From: Octopus vulgaris
Lineage: Eukaryota
Length of the DNA: 64,000 bases
NCBI GenBank assembly: GCA_951406725.2
Contig: OX597832.1
Span: forward strand, 46,004,001-46,068,000
Direction: 5' to 3'
Shown here piece after piece: positions 28,570 to 41,814 of this stretch (position 1 is its first letter; each line of letters starts with the position of its first letter). The translations under genes and the position numbers were made by a program. The notes below the pieces were generated by a model. It ran no database searches. It was not told the DNA's origin and worked only from the letters and a program-made list of their open reading frames with translations.

Positions 28570-28929
28570 TGATCCCAAAAACGAAGACGAACGTGCGCGT
28601 GTATGTGCGATTATTTACCTGTGTGTGTAGTTAGGAGCTGGTGACTTTGACGTGTGGATATGTGTGTGTGTAAGTGTGTGCGTCTGTAATGTGTGTGTGT
28701 GTGTGTGTGTTAGTGTGTGTGGATGATGGTGTGTGGGTGTGCGGATGACGATGTGTGGAGTAGATGGTGGTGTGTGGTGTGCTGCTGGGAAGTGGTCAGT
28801 GCTAGTGGGTGTAGTGTGGGGGGATGTGGTGGTGTAGTGGTGTGTGGTGCGATGTGGGGGTGTGAGGATGGTGTGGTATGGCGGTATATATATATATATA
28901 TACATACCTACATACATACATTTATACAT

Positions 28930-29020
<91 letters not shown>

Positions 29021-29021
29021 G

Positions 29022-29136
<115 letters not shown>

Positions 29137-29714
29137 ATATATCCCAATTCTAATCTACATAGAAATATACGAATATTGTATGTGGGCGTGTTTGCGATTG
29201 TGGGTGTTTTCGTAAATAGTGTAGTAAGAATAAATAGTTGATACGTGTTTTTATAGATACATACTCAGTTATATATCTAAATACATACGTTCATTATTCA
29301 CGATTAGTCTACACAAATGCTTAGACGTGCAAAATAATAATTAGATTCGTGGACTGCTGTTTTATCACGATCTATTCAATTAAGCAAAGTCGTTTTTAGT
29401 GTTCTCCACGACGAAACACAATATATAATTCTTGATGTAATGTTTTGCATGCCGCAGCTTATTAGTATGCGATCTGTAAAGAATAATATATGTGATGTTA
29501 CACAGTAAGGAAAGACGAACACCCGTGTATATTTATATACACAAATGTATAAACTCGCCAATGCGCGCACACATACGCTCACATAGATGCTCACACACAT
29601 TGATGGAAAGATGTATATAAATAGATAGATAAATAGCGAGATATAGGCAGACAGGTTGACATAGAAATAGGTATATAGCTAGATACAGAGAAATACATAG
29701 ACACTGAAAGAGAC

Positions 29715-29746
<32 letters not shown>

Positions 29747-29994
29747 TTATTTATATATATAAATATATATATAATCGAATAATCTATGTCATTGTAAGAA
29801 AAAAATTTATAATATTCATCAGACATATTGACTCAAATATATATTTTTTAACCTTTTAAAACAAGCCTTCTGTAGTTTTTCACTTTTTACTATTTTCTAT
29901 ATATATATATATACATATAAATAAATAAATAAATATTAGTGTTTGCTTCTTCCATGGGTATGAGTAAGTATCTCATTTATTTCTTTTGCCACAT

Positions 29995-30054
29995 GTATCA
30001 CTGACGAAGGGAGGGCTGTTATGAGCTAACCCTGAAATCGGTCCGATATGGTAC
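29995..30054 (+). ncRNA. Type I hammerhead ribozyme (canonical core)
   Basis: GTATCA CTGACGA AGGG..CCCT GAAA TCGGTCCGA TA TGGTAC; 6-bp stem I (one G-U), 4-bp base of stem II, near-palindromic stem III ATCGG-T-CCGAT, AUA site after 30048. Confidence 0.88.
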
Positions 30055-30299
30055 TAATGGAATTTTTTAGAAATTTCTGTCGACCTTTATTCGAGTAGCG
30101 TGCGTATTGTGAAAGAATTATATGGTTATGGACAATATATCCACTTTTTCGACATATTTGGCATTAGAAATTATTTCGTTTGCCCTTATTTATGAATTGT
30201 TTATAAATTTAACCTTTAAAGGTATTTTTTAATATGCTGGCCATTGATAAAAATTTTTTCGAAAAGAATTTTTTTTCGAAAAAGATTTTATCCTACATT

Positions 30300-30370
<71 letters not shown>

Positions 30371-31939
30371 TCGATAGATAGATACTTAGAAGTATTAATG
30401 TCACGGCTATTTGTGATTTGCGTAGAACCTCACTTTATCAAGTTTTCGTTGGTCTACCGAAAGCCTTTGCTATGGTGACAACCTAAGTGTGTTGATATAT
30501 CTGTCAAACTGTACCATATTATGAAGGCCGGCATTAATCAAAAATGTGGTGTTGATAAAAATAAAAAGCTTGCATTGCACAGTTACGTTAAATAGTTGTG
30601 ATATACCAGTTTCTTCATTGCAATTTCTATACCTGGCAGTTATATTTGCTCATTCATTTAGAGTCCGTATCCTAGGCATCCTTGTCTTCTATCGCACAAG
30701 AGGTAAACTAATTCAAAATTGTTTTAAAGCTAAATCAAAGGCCTCCTCAACTCTAATTCGATATTTATTGCGTACTGACGAATGTGGTCTTCTTGTTGAA
30801 TCACAGCAAGATATTAAGAAGGAACAGAATCTGCTTTTCCGGCGTCTCTATTGCTGTTATACTTATATTAATGATGAAGACAATTAGGATCATGTTTGTA
30901 CCTGTCTCATGAAAAAGTTATATGTAACTATATATATAATTGTCCAAGAGACAAGACCGCATGCAGTCGATTCTTTTCCTTATCTTCGTAGCTATGCTTC
31001 GAATGGTAAATTCCTGGATTCCGAAATTAATTTAAGGATTAGAAAGGCTTCAATTCCTTGTGAGACTCACAAGGAACGATCCTGACAGACAGCAACTTTA
31101 AACACGCACAAACATACACACACGCATACGCACACACACATATGCACGCACACATACGCACACACACACACACATACGGACAGGCAATTATATACAGAGA
31201 TTTATTCACAATTGTGAAATCAAATCATGTATGTATGCCACGAGTGGATGTGTTTGTTTGTGCATGCATCAGCTCCGTGGTTTGTGTGTGCTCGTGTATT
31301 TTGCCCGTGCGCGTGTATCCCTCATGTATCTTGGATTTATATTTCCACAAACCTGAAAAAGAAAACGAACAACACGCCTCGTTTAACATGTGATCATGCA
31401 TTTACATTTAGTTACATATTCACAAAATAAATCATATTTCTAAATATTACTAATTTAATAGAAATACGAAACACGCAATCAAAAACTCTTTGCTGTCGTG
31501 TATGAAAATACAGTTAAATTATTTTTATCCAATGTAATAATAAAACGGTTTTACTATTTTTTATCGATTATTTCCTATGCACGTATTCCGTTTACAAACA
31601 CGTGATTTTTCTCTTAATTTTTGCTTGTCTTTACTTGTTGCAAATGACCATTTTAAATATGAAATTGGTGTTTTTCATACCGGGTACGTTAGAATTATTT
31701 GCAAGAAAGCAGAATTTTCTTGGCTGGCAATCAAATAACGCTTTGAGCAAATAATGTTCTAGTCTGTCCTTTTTTTTTTATATAGCGGAGTACATTTGCT
31801 CGCATATTTCATTTCAATTTAATTCCACATCATTTCATTTAATTTTCTATAAATATTTGCATTTTAGTTACTGCATGCTATTATTTATTACTGATGTAGT
31901 TGTTATTACTATTACAATAACTTTTTATTGTTATCACTG

Positions 31940-31949
31940 CTATTATTAC

Positions 31950-32000
<51 letters not shown>

Positions 32001-32153
32001 CATCATCATCATCATCACCATCACCATCACCATCACCATCCTCATCATCATCATAAACATCATCATCATCAGCATCAGCATCATCATCATCATCATCATC
32101 ATCATCATAAACACCATCACCATCAGCAGCATCAGCAGCATCATCATAAACAG

Positions 32154-32186
<33 letters not shown>

Positions 32187-32239
32187 TATTACCATCATCA
32201 TCATCATCATCATCATCACCAACATCATCATCATCATCG

Positions 32240-32286
<47 letters not shown>

Positions 32287-32325
32287 GTCATCGTCATCAT
32301 CATCATCATCATCATTATTATCATT
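31940..32325. repeat. (TAT)n-(CAT)n compound trinucleotide microsatellite
   Basis: Directly visible. Confidence 0.95.
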
Positions 32326-32576
32326 GATTTGACTCAGGTTCGTTCTTATTACTGATAAAAATTTGTTGTTCTTTTTCTTCTTATTACTATTATTATTCCT
32401 TTTTTTAATATTCATTGATTGATATTATCAGTATCAATACTATGCATATGTTGATCGACTTCATAACATTGTAGTGCTGGACAAAAGCAATTACTCTTTA
32501 TTAAGTCAGGTTCTGAGATAACATCTAAAGAGGACTGAATCTAACATTCATCCCTCCGGTAACTATAAATTAACAA

Positions 32577-33121
32577 GGCGGCGAGCTGGCAGAAACGTTA
32601 GCACGCCGGGCGAAATGCTTCGCGGTGTTTCGTCTGCCGTTACGTTCTGAGTTCAAATTCCGCCGAGGTCGACTTTGCGTTTCATCATTTCGGGGAAGAT
32701 AAATTAAGTACCAGTCACGCACTGGGATCGATGTAATCGACTTAATCCGTGTGTCTGTCCTTGTTTGTCCCCTCTGTGTTTAGCCCCTTGTGGGTAGTAA
32801 AAAATATATATTTTCCTTTCGAGGTCGATAAATTAAGTACCAGTTATGCACTGGGGGTCGATGTAATCGACTTAATCCGTTTGTCTATCCTTGTTTGTCC
32901 TCTCTGTGTTTAGTCCCTTGTAGGTAGTAAAGAAATAGATATTTCGTCTGCCGTTACGTTCCGAGTTCAAATTCCGCCGAGGTCGACGTTGCCTTTCATC
33001 CTTTCGGGGTCGATAAATTAAGGACCAGTTACGCACTGGGGTCGATGCAAGCGACTTAACCCGAGTGTCTGTCCTTGTTCGTCCCCTCTGTGTTTAGCAC
33101 ATTGTGGGTAGTAAAGAAATA
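32577..33121 (+). mobile_element. SINE family A head-to-tail trimer with 19-bp target-site duplication
   Basis: One full unit plus two 5'-truncated units; identical flanking repeat GGTAACTATAAATTAACAA at 32558-32576 and 33122-33140. Confidence 0.9.
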
Positions 33122-33997
33122 GGTAACTATAAATTAACAACTCTTCAAGTATTTGAGGGGAGTATATATGTAAACCTTACTAAAATGATGTCATTTGTTA
33201 CTGGTTTCATTTACGGTTAGACGATTAAGGAGAGCCAATATCCATTTCAAAATACATCTGTATTTCATCAACTCTAAGACGGTGAAACTAAACGAACAAA
33301 AATCTCTTCATCCCGCAGCAAACATAAGCACAAAGTGCCTTCGCAAACCCACACACATTCATGCATGCATACTCATAAACGTATATAATAGTAAATGAAT
33401 TCACACACACACACACACACACACACAAACCAATATAAGTTCAAACACTCCGAGGCCAAATTTGCTTTTCCTCCCTCCGGGTTAAATGGAACAAACTACC
33501 AATGAGCATAATATCAATTGACACCATTTTGCTCCAAAATTGTTGGCCCTTTGTTTAATTCATAAATTGTTATGCATAATTATACTAAATTGCATGACCG
33601 TTTGCGCATTGACAAAACGACTAAATGTCTGGATATGAATGATGCAGCAGTTAGCTTTGTATTCCACCTTTTCGAGTTTGATGAAGTAAATTACAAGGAT
33701 TGCTGGTTAAACTAAGCACCTCCAGTGAAATTTCAGGCCTTGTGTTCATGTCAGAAACACTTAATTATATAAAAAAAAATTTCACTATCTCGAATATAAA
33801 TTTAAAAGAATTCAAAATTACAAATACAATACTTATGTTCTGGTTTTTAAGTAAATTCGAATCTTACTTTTCAAAAACACATAACCATTGTAAATACATG
33901 GAATTTCTTCATGAGTAATGTATATTAAGGAGAAGGTAGCGTAATATTTAGTTCACATATAGAATTGTGAGATATTTAAGATAATTACAATTCTAAA

Positions 33998-34316
33998 GTG
34001 GAGGCACATGGCCTAGTGGTTAGAGCAGCGGACTCGCGGTCGAGGGATCGCGGGTTCGAATATCAGACCGGGCGATGTGTGTGTTTATGAGCGAAACACC
34101 TAAGCTCCACGCGGCTCCGGCAGAAGGTAATGGCGAAACTTCTGCTGACTCTTTCGCCACAACTTTCTCTCACTCTTTCCTCCTGCATCTTGCAGCTCAC
34201 ATGCGACAGACCGGTGTCCCGTCCAGGTGTGTGTGTGGGGAACCTATACGCCCTTATGAGCCATAAGGGCCTATACCGGCCCTTATGAGCCAGGCGTGGA
34301 TCGAGAAGAAACAAGC
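33998..34316 (+). mobile_element. SINE family C, full length, with imperfect 15-bp TSD
   Basis: Head 'ggaggcacatggcctagtggttagagcagcggactcgcggtcgagggatcgcgggttcgaat'; flanks AATTACAATTCTAAA (33983-33997) and AACTACAATTGTAAA (34317-34331). Confidence 0.85.
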
Positions 34317-36024
34317 AACTACAATTGTAAAGGAAAGTAATTATCTGAAATATAATGTGACATGTATGTATGTTTTTGTGTGTTGATATATTTAATATTT
34401 GATATATCAAATATATCAACACACAAAAACATACACACATTGCAGGGCAGAGTACCTTGTACCCTGCAATGTTTCTTCCCGTGGGTATGGTCTATTTGTA
34501 CTTTGTACACAAACGAATTGGTCATTTGACCTAAACACATAAACGTTCAATATGACTCTTAGGAAGAGAAAGGGGTTGTTTACCCTCAATGATGATATTG
34601 AATGATACAAATGCCATAGTATGACTTATCCTTACTGTGTTAACTCAAAGCTATGTCAACAAGTTTATCCCCCAAGACGCAAATTCTGGTTGAAGACAAC
34701 AGCTGCATGTTTACTTTCTCCTTCGCTTCATCTTATTGCTAAATATGTTATTCGCTAACTGCTATAAAAATCTATTAATGAGCGAGAAACACACGACCGT
34801 CTTTCGCTTAACCTATGTCGTGTGTAACTTTATATAACTCATGTAAATTACATACGAATTTGAACTACATCCACAAGAGCGTATTATTAAAAACAAAATC
34901 GATTTCTACGATAAAGTAAGGCAGTAACAATAGTATGCAAGACTTTATATTGATTTTTTTCTTTCCCAAACGCGAATTAATTATCTGTACAAGTAAATAC
35001 TAAATCAGCACATGTACATATTTATATAAATGATTTCTTTTAAAGAGATTTAGAAGCCTTTGTGCATACAGAATAGCATATAAAATGTGTAATGAACATT
35101 ATCGAGAATATATTGAACATATGAACGAAAGAACCAGTAAGCTCGCAGGCTGATACACCTAACATTTATGAAAGCAAAAATGTAATTTATATAGATTCTT
35201 CGTCGGTTTCGAAGAGGAATATATTCATGTCGTTCGGCTGACTGAATTAATTATTAAATAATCATAGAGTAAGAGCCCAAGTGTTCCATAGACAACAATA
35301 CCCTTAATGTTAAGCAGAGACAAATCGGCCTAATACAGTGTGTTACACGCGGCTCTCTATATACGAGGTAGACTTTTAATCAAATTCTGTATAATCAATG
35401 TCCATCTGAATGTTAACGCGAGATTATTGGTAGATGTACTTGCACAGAATGGCATGAATTATACGACCAACTAGCACCACAAATATACATACATACATAC
35501 ATGCATACACACATAGACACACACAGACATATGTACGTAAATGTCGAAAGATGAAAATGGGTGTTCAACAATGTATGGGTGATTTCATTAATTGTGAATT
35601 AAGGCTACCATTGGTTTCATGTTGAGAAACGAAGGAAAACGTCCGGGTGTCTTAACACTTTTTCAAATCTCTTACACGGAGAAAAGTGTTCGCCTCCATT
35701 TTGGAGGCATGTAATTTAAATTATAAGAAATGGAATAAATAGAGGGTATGTCGTTCGTATAATACATCGCTGTTAGAGTAGTACGGATGTATTAGTGAGT
35801 ATTTCCCCAGGCGTGCAACAGTACAAGCATGCAAGGGTCCACTTTCATTAAATATATCAACACACAATAACATACACCCATGTAAATGTAAATACGCATA
35901 TACACATACATACATACAAACACAAACATACACGCACACGCGCGTACACACACACACAAAACTGCACGCGCACACCACACTGATGATTCAGTTAGCTCAG
36001 TGTTTTAATAGTAATAATAAGCGT

Positions 36025-36358
36025 GTTACATCAACCCCCAGTGCTCAACTGGTACTTATTTAATCGACCCCGAAATGATGAAAGGCAAAGTCGACCTCTG
36101 CGGAATTTGAACCCAGAACGTAACGGCAGACGAAATACCTATTTCTTTACTACCCACAAGGGGCTGAACACAGAGAGGACAAACAAGAACAGACATATGT
36201 ACTAAGTCGATTACATCGACCCCAGTGCGTAACTGGTACTTAATTTATCGACCCCGAAAGGATGAAGGGCAAAGTCGACCTCGGCGGAATTTGATCTCAG
36301 AACGTAGCGGCAGACGAAATACCGCTAAGCATTTCGCCCGGCGCGCTAACGATTCTGT
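36025..36358 (-). mobile_element. SINE family A dimer
   Basis: Two tandem copies of 'tcgaccccgaaa(g/t)gatgaa(a/g)ggcaaagtcgacctc...cagacgaaatacc'. Confidence 0.85.
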
Positions 36359-36845
36359 TAATTACAAATAGAAATCATACGTACTGAACCCACTTTTAAA
36401 ACATCCGAGGCACACATGTATATAGACACCCATACACAAGCGAATGCACAAAAAAAAAACACACACAGAAACACTCAATCCTACTGGCGTTTATACATAT
36501 ACATGTGCATACACCTTCTTAGGCACATTCCTTTATGCATACATCAATATATACGAAGGCACGCGTTGGTACGTGTACGAACATTCTTACATGAGCACTA
36601 CAGACTGTACACATACATACTCGCAAGATACTTTCACTGATGTGTATACGCACACACAAACGTTTACTTGTATGATTGGCTAACAAGAACTGACATGCAA
36701 AATGCATAATGTGTGCGTGCATAGAATTTAAACGGAGATTAGAGACGAGCGTATTAAAGTACACATATATAACGAATTTATACGCACGTATACAAACAAA
36801 CACAGATATATATATATATATATATATATACATACACACACACAG

Positions 36846-36892
<47 letters not shown>

Positions 36893-36986
36893 TATATACT
36901 TATATCTATATATCTGTGTGTCTATCTGAGTATGTGCCTCTCTGCCTCGCCCTTATACATACATACATGCCTATATATACATACAT

Positions 36987-37122
<136 letters not shown>

Positions 37123-37308
37123 TATCTCTCTCTCTCTCTATATATATATATATAATCTCATACATTCCTTGTGCATGTTCCCATGTCTATCTTTATTTGT
37201 TTATTTAAATTGTTCTGTTTATTTAATACTCTATCTTTTATTGAAAATTTACAAGATATTTTGTTTATGTATATATATATATATAATTTGAAACTGACTT
37301 ATTGAAGT

Positions 37309-37351
37309 CCACCTGAAGATTGTCGATCAAGACAAGAAACGATTGTAGTGG
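37309..37351 (+). ncRNA. Type I hammerhead ribozyme (canonical core)
   Basis: CCAC CTGAAGA TTGTC GATCAA GACAA GAAA CGATTG TA GTGG; perfect stems I and II; stem III ACGATTGT is one change from the palindrome ACGATCGT; GUA site. Confidence 0.88.
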
Positions 37352-37438
37352 CGGTTTTTTTGACTATTTATTAAAATTTTATGTATTGATTAAGACTTTC
37401 CTTGTTTGTTTTGCAAAATAGTGGTTTTGTCTCTAATA

Positions 37439-37541
<103 letters not shown>

Positions 37542-37742
37542 AGAGAGGAAGATGGTGAAGAGATGGTGAAGGAATATATAACGCATGTATTTTGTTAAAG
37601 CTGCAATAACACGCAAACATGCATTATGCAAAAGGCTCTCATAAACTAAATCTTACAAAAGTGCATTTAGTGAAGGCATATGCACTTACCTAAATTACAT
37701 GATCTGGAGTTACGAGCGAACAAATTGCTTCTATATATTTTG

Positions 37743-37765
<23 letters not shown>

Positions 37766-37776
<11 letters not shown>

Positions 37777-37961
37777 GAGGGCATTATACATACATGCCAG
37801 AAGGCATTATACATACATGCCAAACGCTAAGAGGGACAATTAGTCATTTCTACTAGTCATTTCTACCATTTTGGTAGAAATGACTAATTGTCCCTCTTAG
37901 CGTTTGGCATGTATGTATAATGCCTTCTGGCATGTATGTATAATGCCCTCTATATATAAAT
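37766..37961. repeat. ~195-bp fold-back inverted repeat with internal tandem duplications
   Basis: Left arm 'gagggcattatacatacatgccagaaggcattatacatacatgccaaacgctaagagggacaattagtcatttctac' is mirrored on the right around a ~3-nt loop at ~37870. Confidence 0.92.
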
Positions 37962-38286
37962 TAATATGTTTAATAAGAAATAATTATTTTCGAAATTTTT
38001 TCTCTTATGAGGTTTTTACGCTATCTACCTGACAATTTCTTATTAAGTTTTCCTTATTAAGTAGTTGTCCTTAATTGCTATATATATATATATATATATG
38101 TATACTTAATAATTAGGGCTCAGCAAAGATTTGCTTTACCATATTCCGAAGTTTAGAAATAGCAGCCAAAAATACCTTAGCTATTTCTTCTACTTTAAAA
38201 AGGGTCTTCCAGAGAAACCAAAATACTTAAAGACAATTCACACAGGCAGAGAGAAAAGCAACGAAAATCAATCAATATCTGGTCAT

Positions 38287-38367
38287 CCATGGACGCGCGT
38301 TTCGGAATTAGATTGGAATAAAGGATATAGAATTATACTTTACCAACCATTTTCCTCATCAGCATGG
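38287..38367 (-). ncRNA. Type I hammerhead ribozyme with extended stem II
   Basis: Minus strand: CCATG CTGATGA GGAA..TTCC GAAA CGCGCG TC CATGG; palindromic stem III ACGCGCGT; GUC site. Confidence 0.9.
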
Positions 38368-38507
38368 CATTCCTCAATAATTACTTAAGTTTACCGTGAA
38401 ATGGTGCTTTTTTCATGCCGAATTCTACTTGGTGAAATTATTGATTTACCCTTTGTTATTATTGATATATATATAGATATATAGATATATATATATATGT
38501 GTGTGTG

Positions 38508-38570
<63 letters not shown>

Positions 38571-38959
38571 TGCCATAAACATTAATTATGGTGACAACTG
38601 GCCGTTTCGAATCGTAATCAAGTTTTCAAACATAGATTTCAAATTGTGGGAGAAGTCCTCAATTTCGGAAGCGCATGAACGTCTATTACACAGACCACAG
38701 TGCTCAGCTGGTACTTATGTTAAAGACATTTAAACGATAAAATGTGAGTTTGAACTCTGCTGAATTTGAACTCAGAATGTAAAGATGGACGAAATGTATA
38801 AGCAATTTTGCCCGGAGCAGTAACTGTTCTGAAGCTCGGCACCTTGACTATGTTAATATTTAAAATATTGTTAATAGCTATGATAATATCCTTACAAACT
38901 TCCATTTAAAACGAAATCTAAACGTTTGTATATTTTGATAAAGTACGTAATGAATATGC

Positions 38960-39575
38960 GAAATGCTTAGCGGTATTTCGTCTGCCGCTACGTTCTGAGT
39001 TTAAATTCTGCCGAGGCGACTGAGTCTTTCATCCTTTCGGGATCGATTAAATAAGTACCAGTTACGCACTGGGGTCGATGTAATCGACTTAATACCTATG
39101 TCTGTCCTTGTTTGTCCCTTCTATGTTTAGCCCCTTGTGGGTAATAAAGAAATGGGTATTTCGTCTGCCGCTACGTTCTGAGTTTAAATTCCGCCGAATT
39201 CGACTTTGCCTTTCATCCTTTCGGGGTCGATAAATGAAGGACCAGTTACGCACTGGGGTCGATATAATCGACTTAATCCGCTGTCTGTCCTTGTTTGTCC
39301 TCTCTGTGTTTAGTCCCTTGTGGGTAGTAAATAAATAAGTGTTTCGTGCGCATTTACGTTCTGAGTTCAAATTCCGCCAAAGTTGACTTTGCCTTTCATC
39401 TTTTCCGGGTCGATAAATTAAGTACCAGTTATGCACCGGGGTCGATGTAATACCTATGTCTGTCCTTTTTCGTCCCCTCCGTGTTTAGCCCCTTCTTGGT
39501 AGTAGAGAAATAAATATTTCGTACGCATTTACGTTCTGTGTTCAAATTCTGCCGAGGTTAACTTTGCCTTTCTAC
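38960..39575 (+). mobile_element. SINE family A tandem array (~3.5 units, ~180-bp period)
   Basis: Restarts at '(t/g)tttcgt...tacgttctg' near 38975, 39157, 39340 and 39515. Confidence 0.88.
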
Positions 39576-40149
39576 GTTGATGATATAAATATCAGATCAA
39601 TGTAATCGATTCAGTACCCCCCCCCCCCCCGAACATGCTGGCCTCGGTTCAAATACGAAAGCAACACATGAAATGCCTGAATAGATGTTGGATTTGTCAC
39701 TCACTGACAGTTTTAATTTTTCATCGTCGTGATCCAGTAACAATGGCATGAAAATTTACTTACAGTGATACGCGGTTCAATCGATTCTAATCCATAGGAT
39801 TTAAAACAGAAAATTGATAGTTATCTTATTGCTTTAGAAGAGAGATCACGAATTGAACGAGGCACACAACTGGAAGTTTAGAATCAAAGAACTGTGTCGT
39901 TATCGAACCGCTGATTGGTAATGCGTATTATTAAACTCATATCACCTTCATAGTCTTATCTTTTCTTTGAGATAAATAAGGCTCCGTAATCTATGGCATC
40001 CTTCTGCGTTTATTTTGTTCTTACTGTTGTGTAATGTTAGGGTTTCTATCAGATCTCGCAAATACTTACATCAACAAAGCTATTTTTGCTTTTCAGATTT
40101 GATGGTACCGAGGATATTAGAAATATGCGCTGCCAAAACATCTCTCTCT

Positions 40150-40352
40150 CTCTCTTTTACTCTTTTTATTACTTGTTTCAGTCATTTGACTGCGGCCATG
40201 ATGGAGCACCGCCTTTGGTCGAGCATATCGACCCGTAGTACTTATTCTATCTGTCTCTCTTGCCGAACTGCTAAGTTACGGGGACATAAACACACCAGCA
40301 TCGGTTGCCAAGTGATGTTGGGGAAAAAAACACAGACACACAAACACACACA

Positions 40353-40451
<99 letters not shown>

Positions 40452-40603
40452 GACGGGCTTATTTCAGTTTCCGTCTACCAAATCCACTCACAAAGCTTTG
40501 GTCGGTCCAAGGCTATGATAGAAGACACTTGCCCAAGGTGCCACGCTGTGAGACTGAACCCAGAACCATGTGGTTGGTAAGCAAGCTACTTACCACACAG
40601 CCA
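40150..40603 (-). mobile_element. SINE family B with expanded internal (CA)n(TA)n
   Basis: Homologous to 56465-56863 with a short internal deletion. Confidence 0.85.
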
Positions 40604-41814
40604 ACTTCTGGTCAAACAAAAAAAAAATAAAGGAAGGACGATTATATTAATTTCATGTTATTTCGAAGCAAATTAAGGCGCCGAGCTAGAAGAATAATTA
40701 GCGCGCCGGCCATAACACTACGCAGTATTACTGCCGATAATATGCTCTAAGTTCAAATGTCGCCGTAGGTTGACATTGCTTTTTATTTTCTCAGAGGTCG
40801 ATAAAATGTGTAACAGTCATGAACTGGGATTGGTATAGTCAACTAGCACCTGCCAGAAAATTCCACACCTTGAGCCTACAGTAGAAATGATTATATTGAA
40901 GCGTAGATGTTTGTAACATTGGCAAAAAAAGGCTGAGATTTGGGAGAGACCGTTTGGCGATTATTTTCACTTCAGTACTTGACTGGTGCCTTACTTTTAA
41001 GATCTTAGAAGTATGCTAGGCACAGTTGGCCTCGAGGGTTTTTGAATTCAGGCCCGTTAGAAATAGTAAAAAGGCATTTGTGCGTAACGACTCTGTAATC
41101 CAGGTTTGCATAGAAATTATTTCAGATTTATAAAAATGGGTTAGAAGAGGTACACATTAATCTACTATAAACATAGTTAATGTATCGTCAATCACATTGT
41201 CAAGGAAATGGGCTAAAGTATAAGTTTATGCATTCCATGATTTTCTTACTGGGTTTTAGTGGAATATATTGCCCTCGCTGTGCATTTGTAACAACCATAA
41301 ACCTACGGGAATGTAAAAACAAACAAACACCGGTTACGAAGTGTCGAAAAATTAAATACCATTTACGCACTGGGGTCGAAGGCGGCGAGCTATTATGCCG
41401 GGCGAAATCGTCTGCCGTTACGTTCTGAGTTCAAATTCCGTCGAGGTCGACTTTGCCTTTCATCCTTTCGGGGTCGAAAAATTAAATACCGTTAGTCTGT
41501 TCTTGTTTGCAAAATCCACATACACACAAACTCACATCGATGCAAACACATCGTGTATCCACATAGTTTCCGTCTACTAAATTCACTCAAAAGTCATTGG
41601 TCATTATTTAAAAGACATTTACACGAGGTGACACACAGTGGAATTGGACACGAAATCACGTGGTAACAAAACAACCATTGTGTTAAACATACAACAATAT
41701 CTACGCTGTATTTAATATTTTTCTTGCACTAAATTTGTCATCTGGCATGTTAAATATTACAGCATTTCTATTTCCTCTGCAGAATTTATTTCATGCACCC
41801 TCAACAGAATCAGT

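Noticed and set aside
31857-32415. Poly-His/Met/Asp ORFs (also at 3182-3575 and 49753-50458)
   Set aside because: (CAT)n microsatellite; no non-repetitive coding context or evident splice structure.
33998-34075. tRNA-like heads (also at 13390-13465, 25605 and 41815) as functional tRNA genes
   Set aside because: They continue into a shared SINE body, lack a proper acceptor stem, and one has a TSD.
38594-38648. Minus-strand 'ACAAT TTGAAAT...GAAA CGGC CA GTTGT' hammerhead-like pattern
   Set aside because: Lacks U16.1 and a closing stem II; too degenerate to call.
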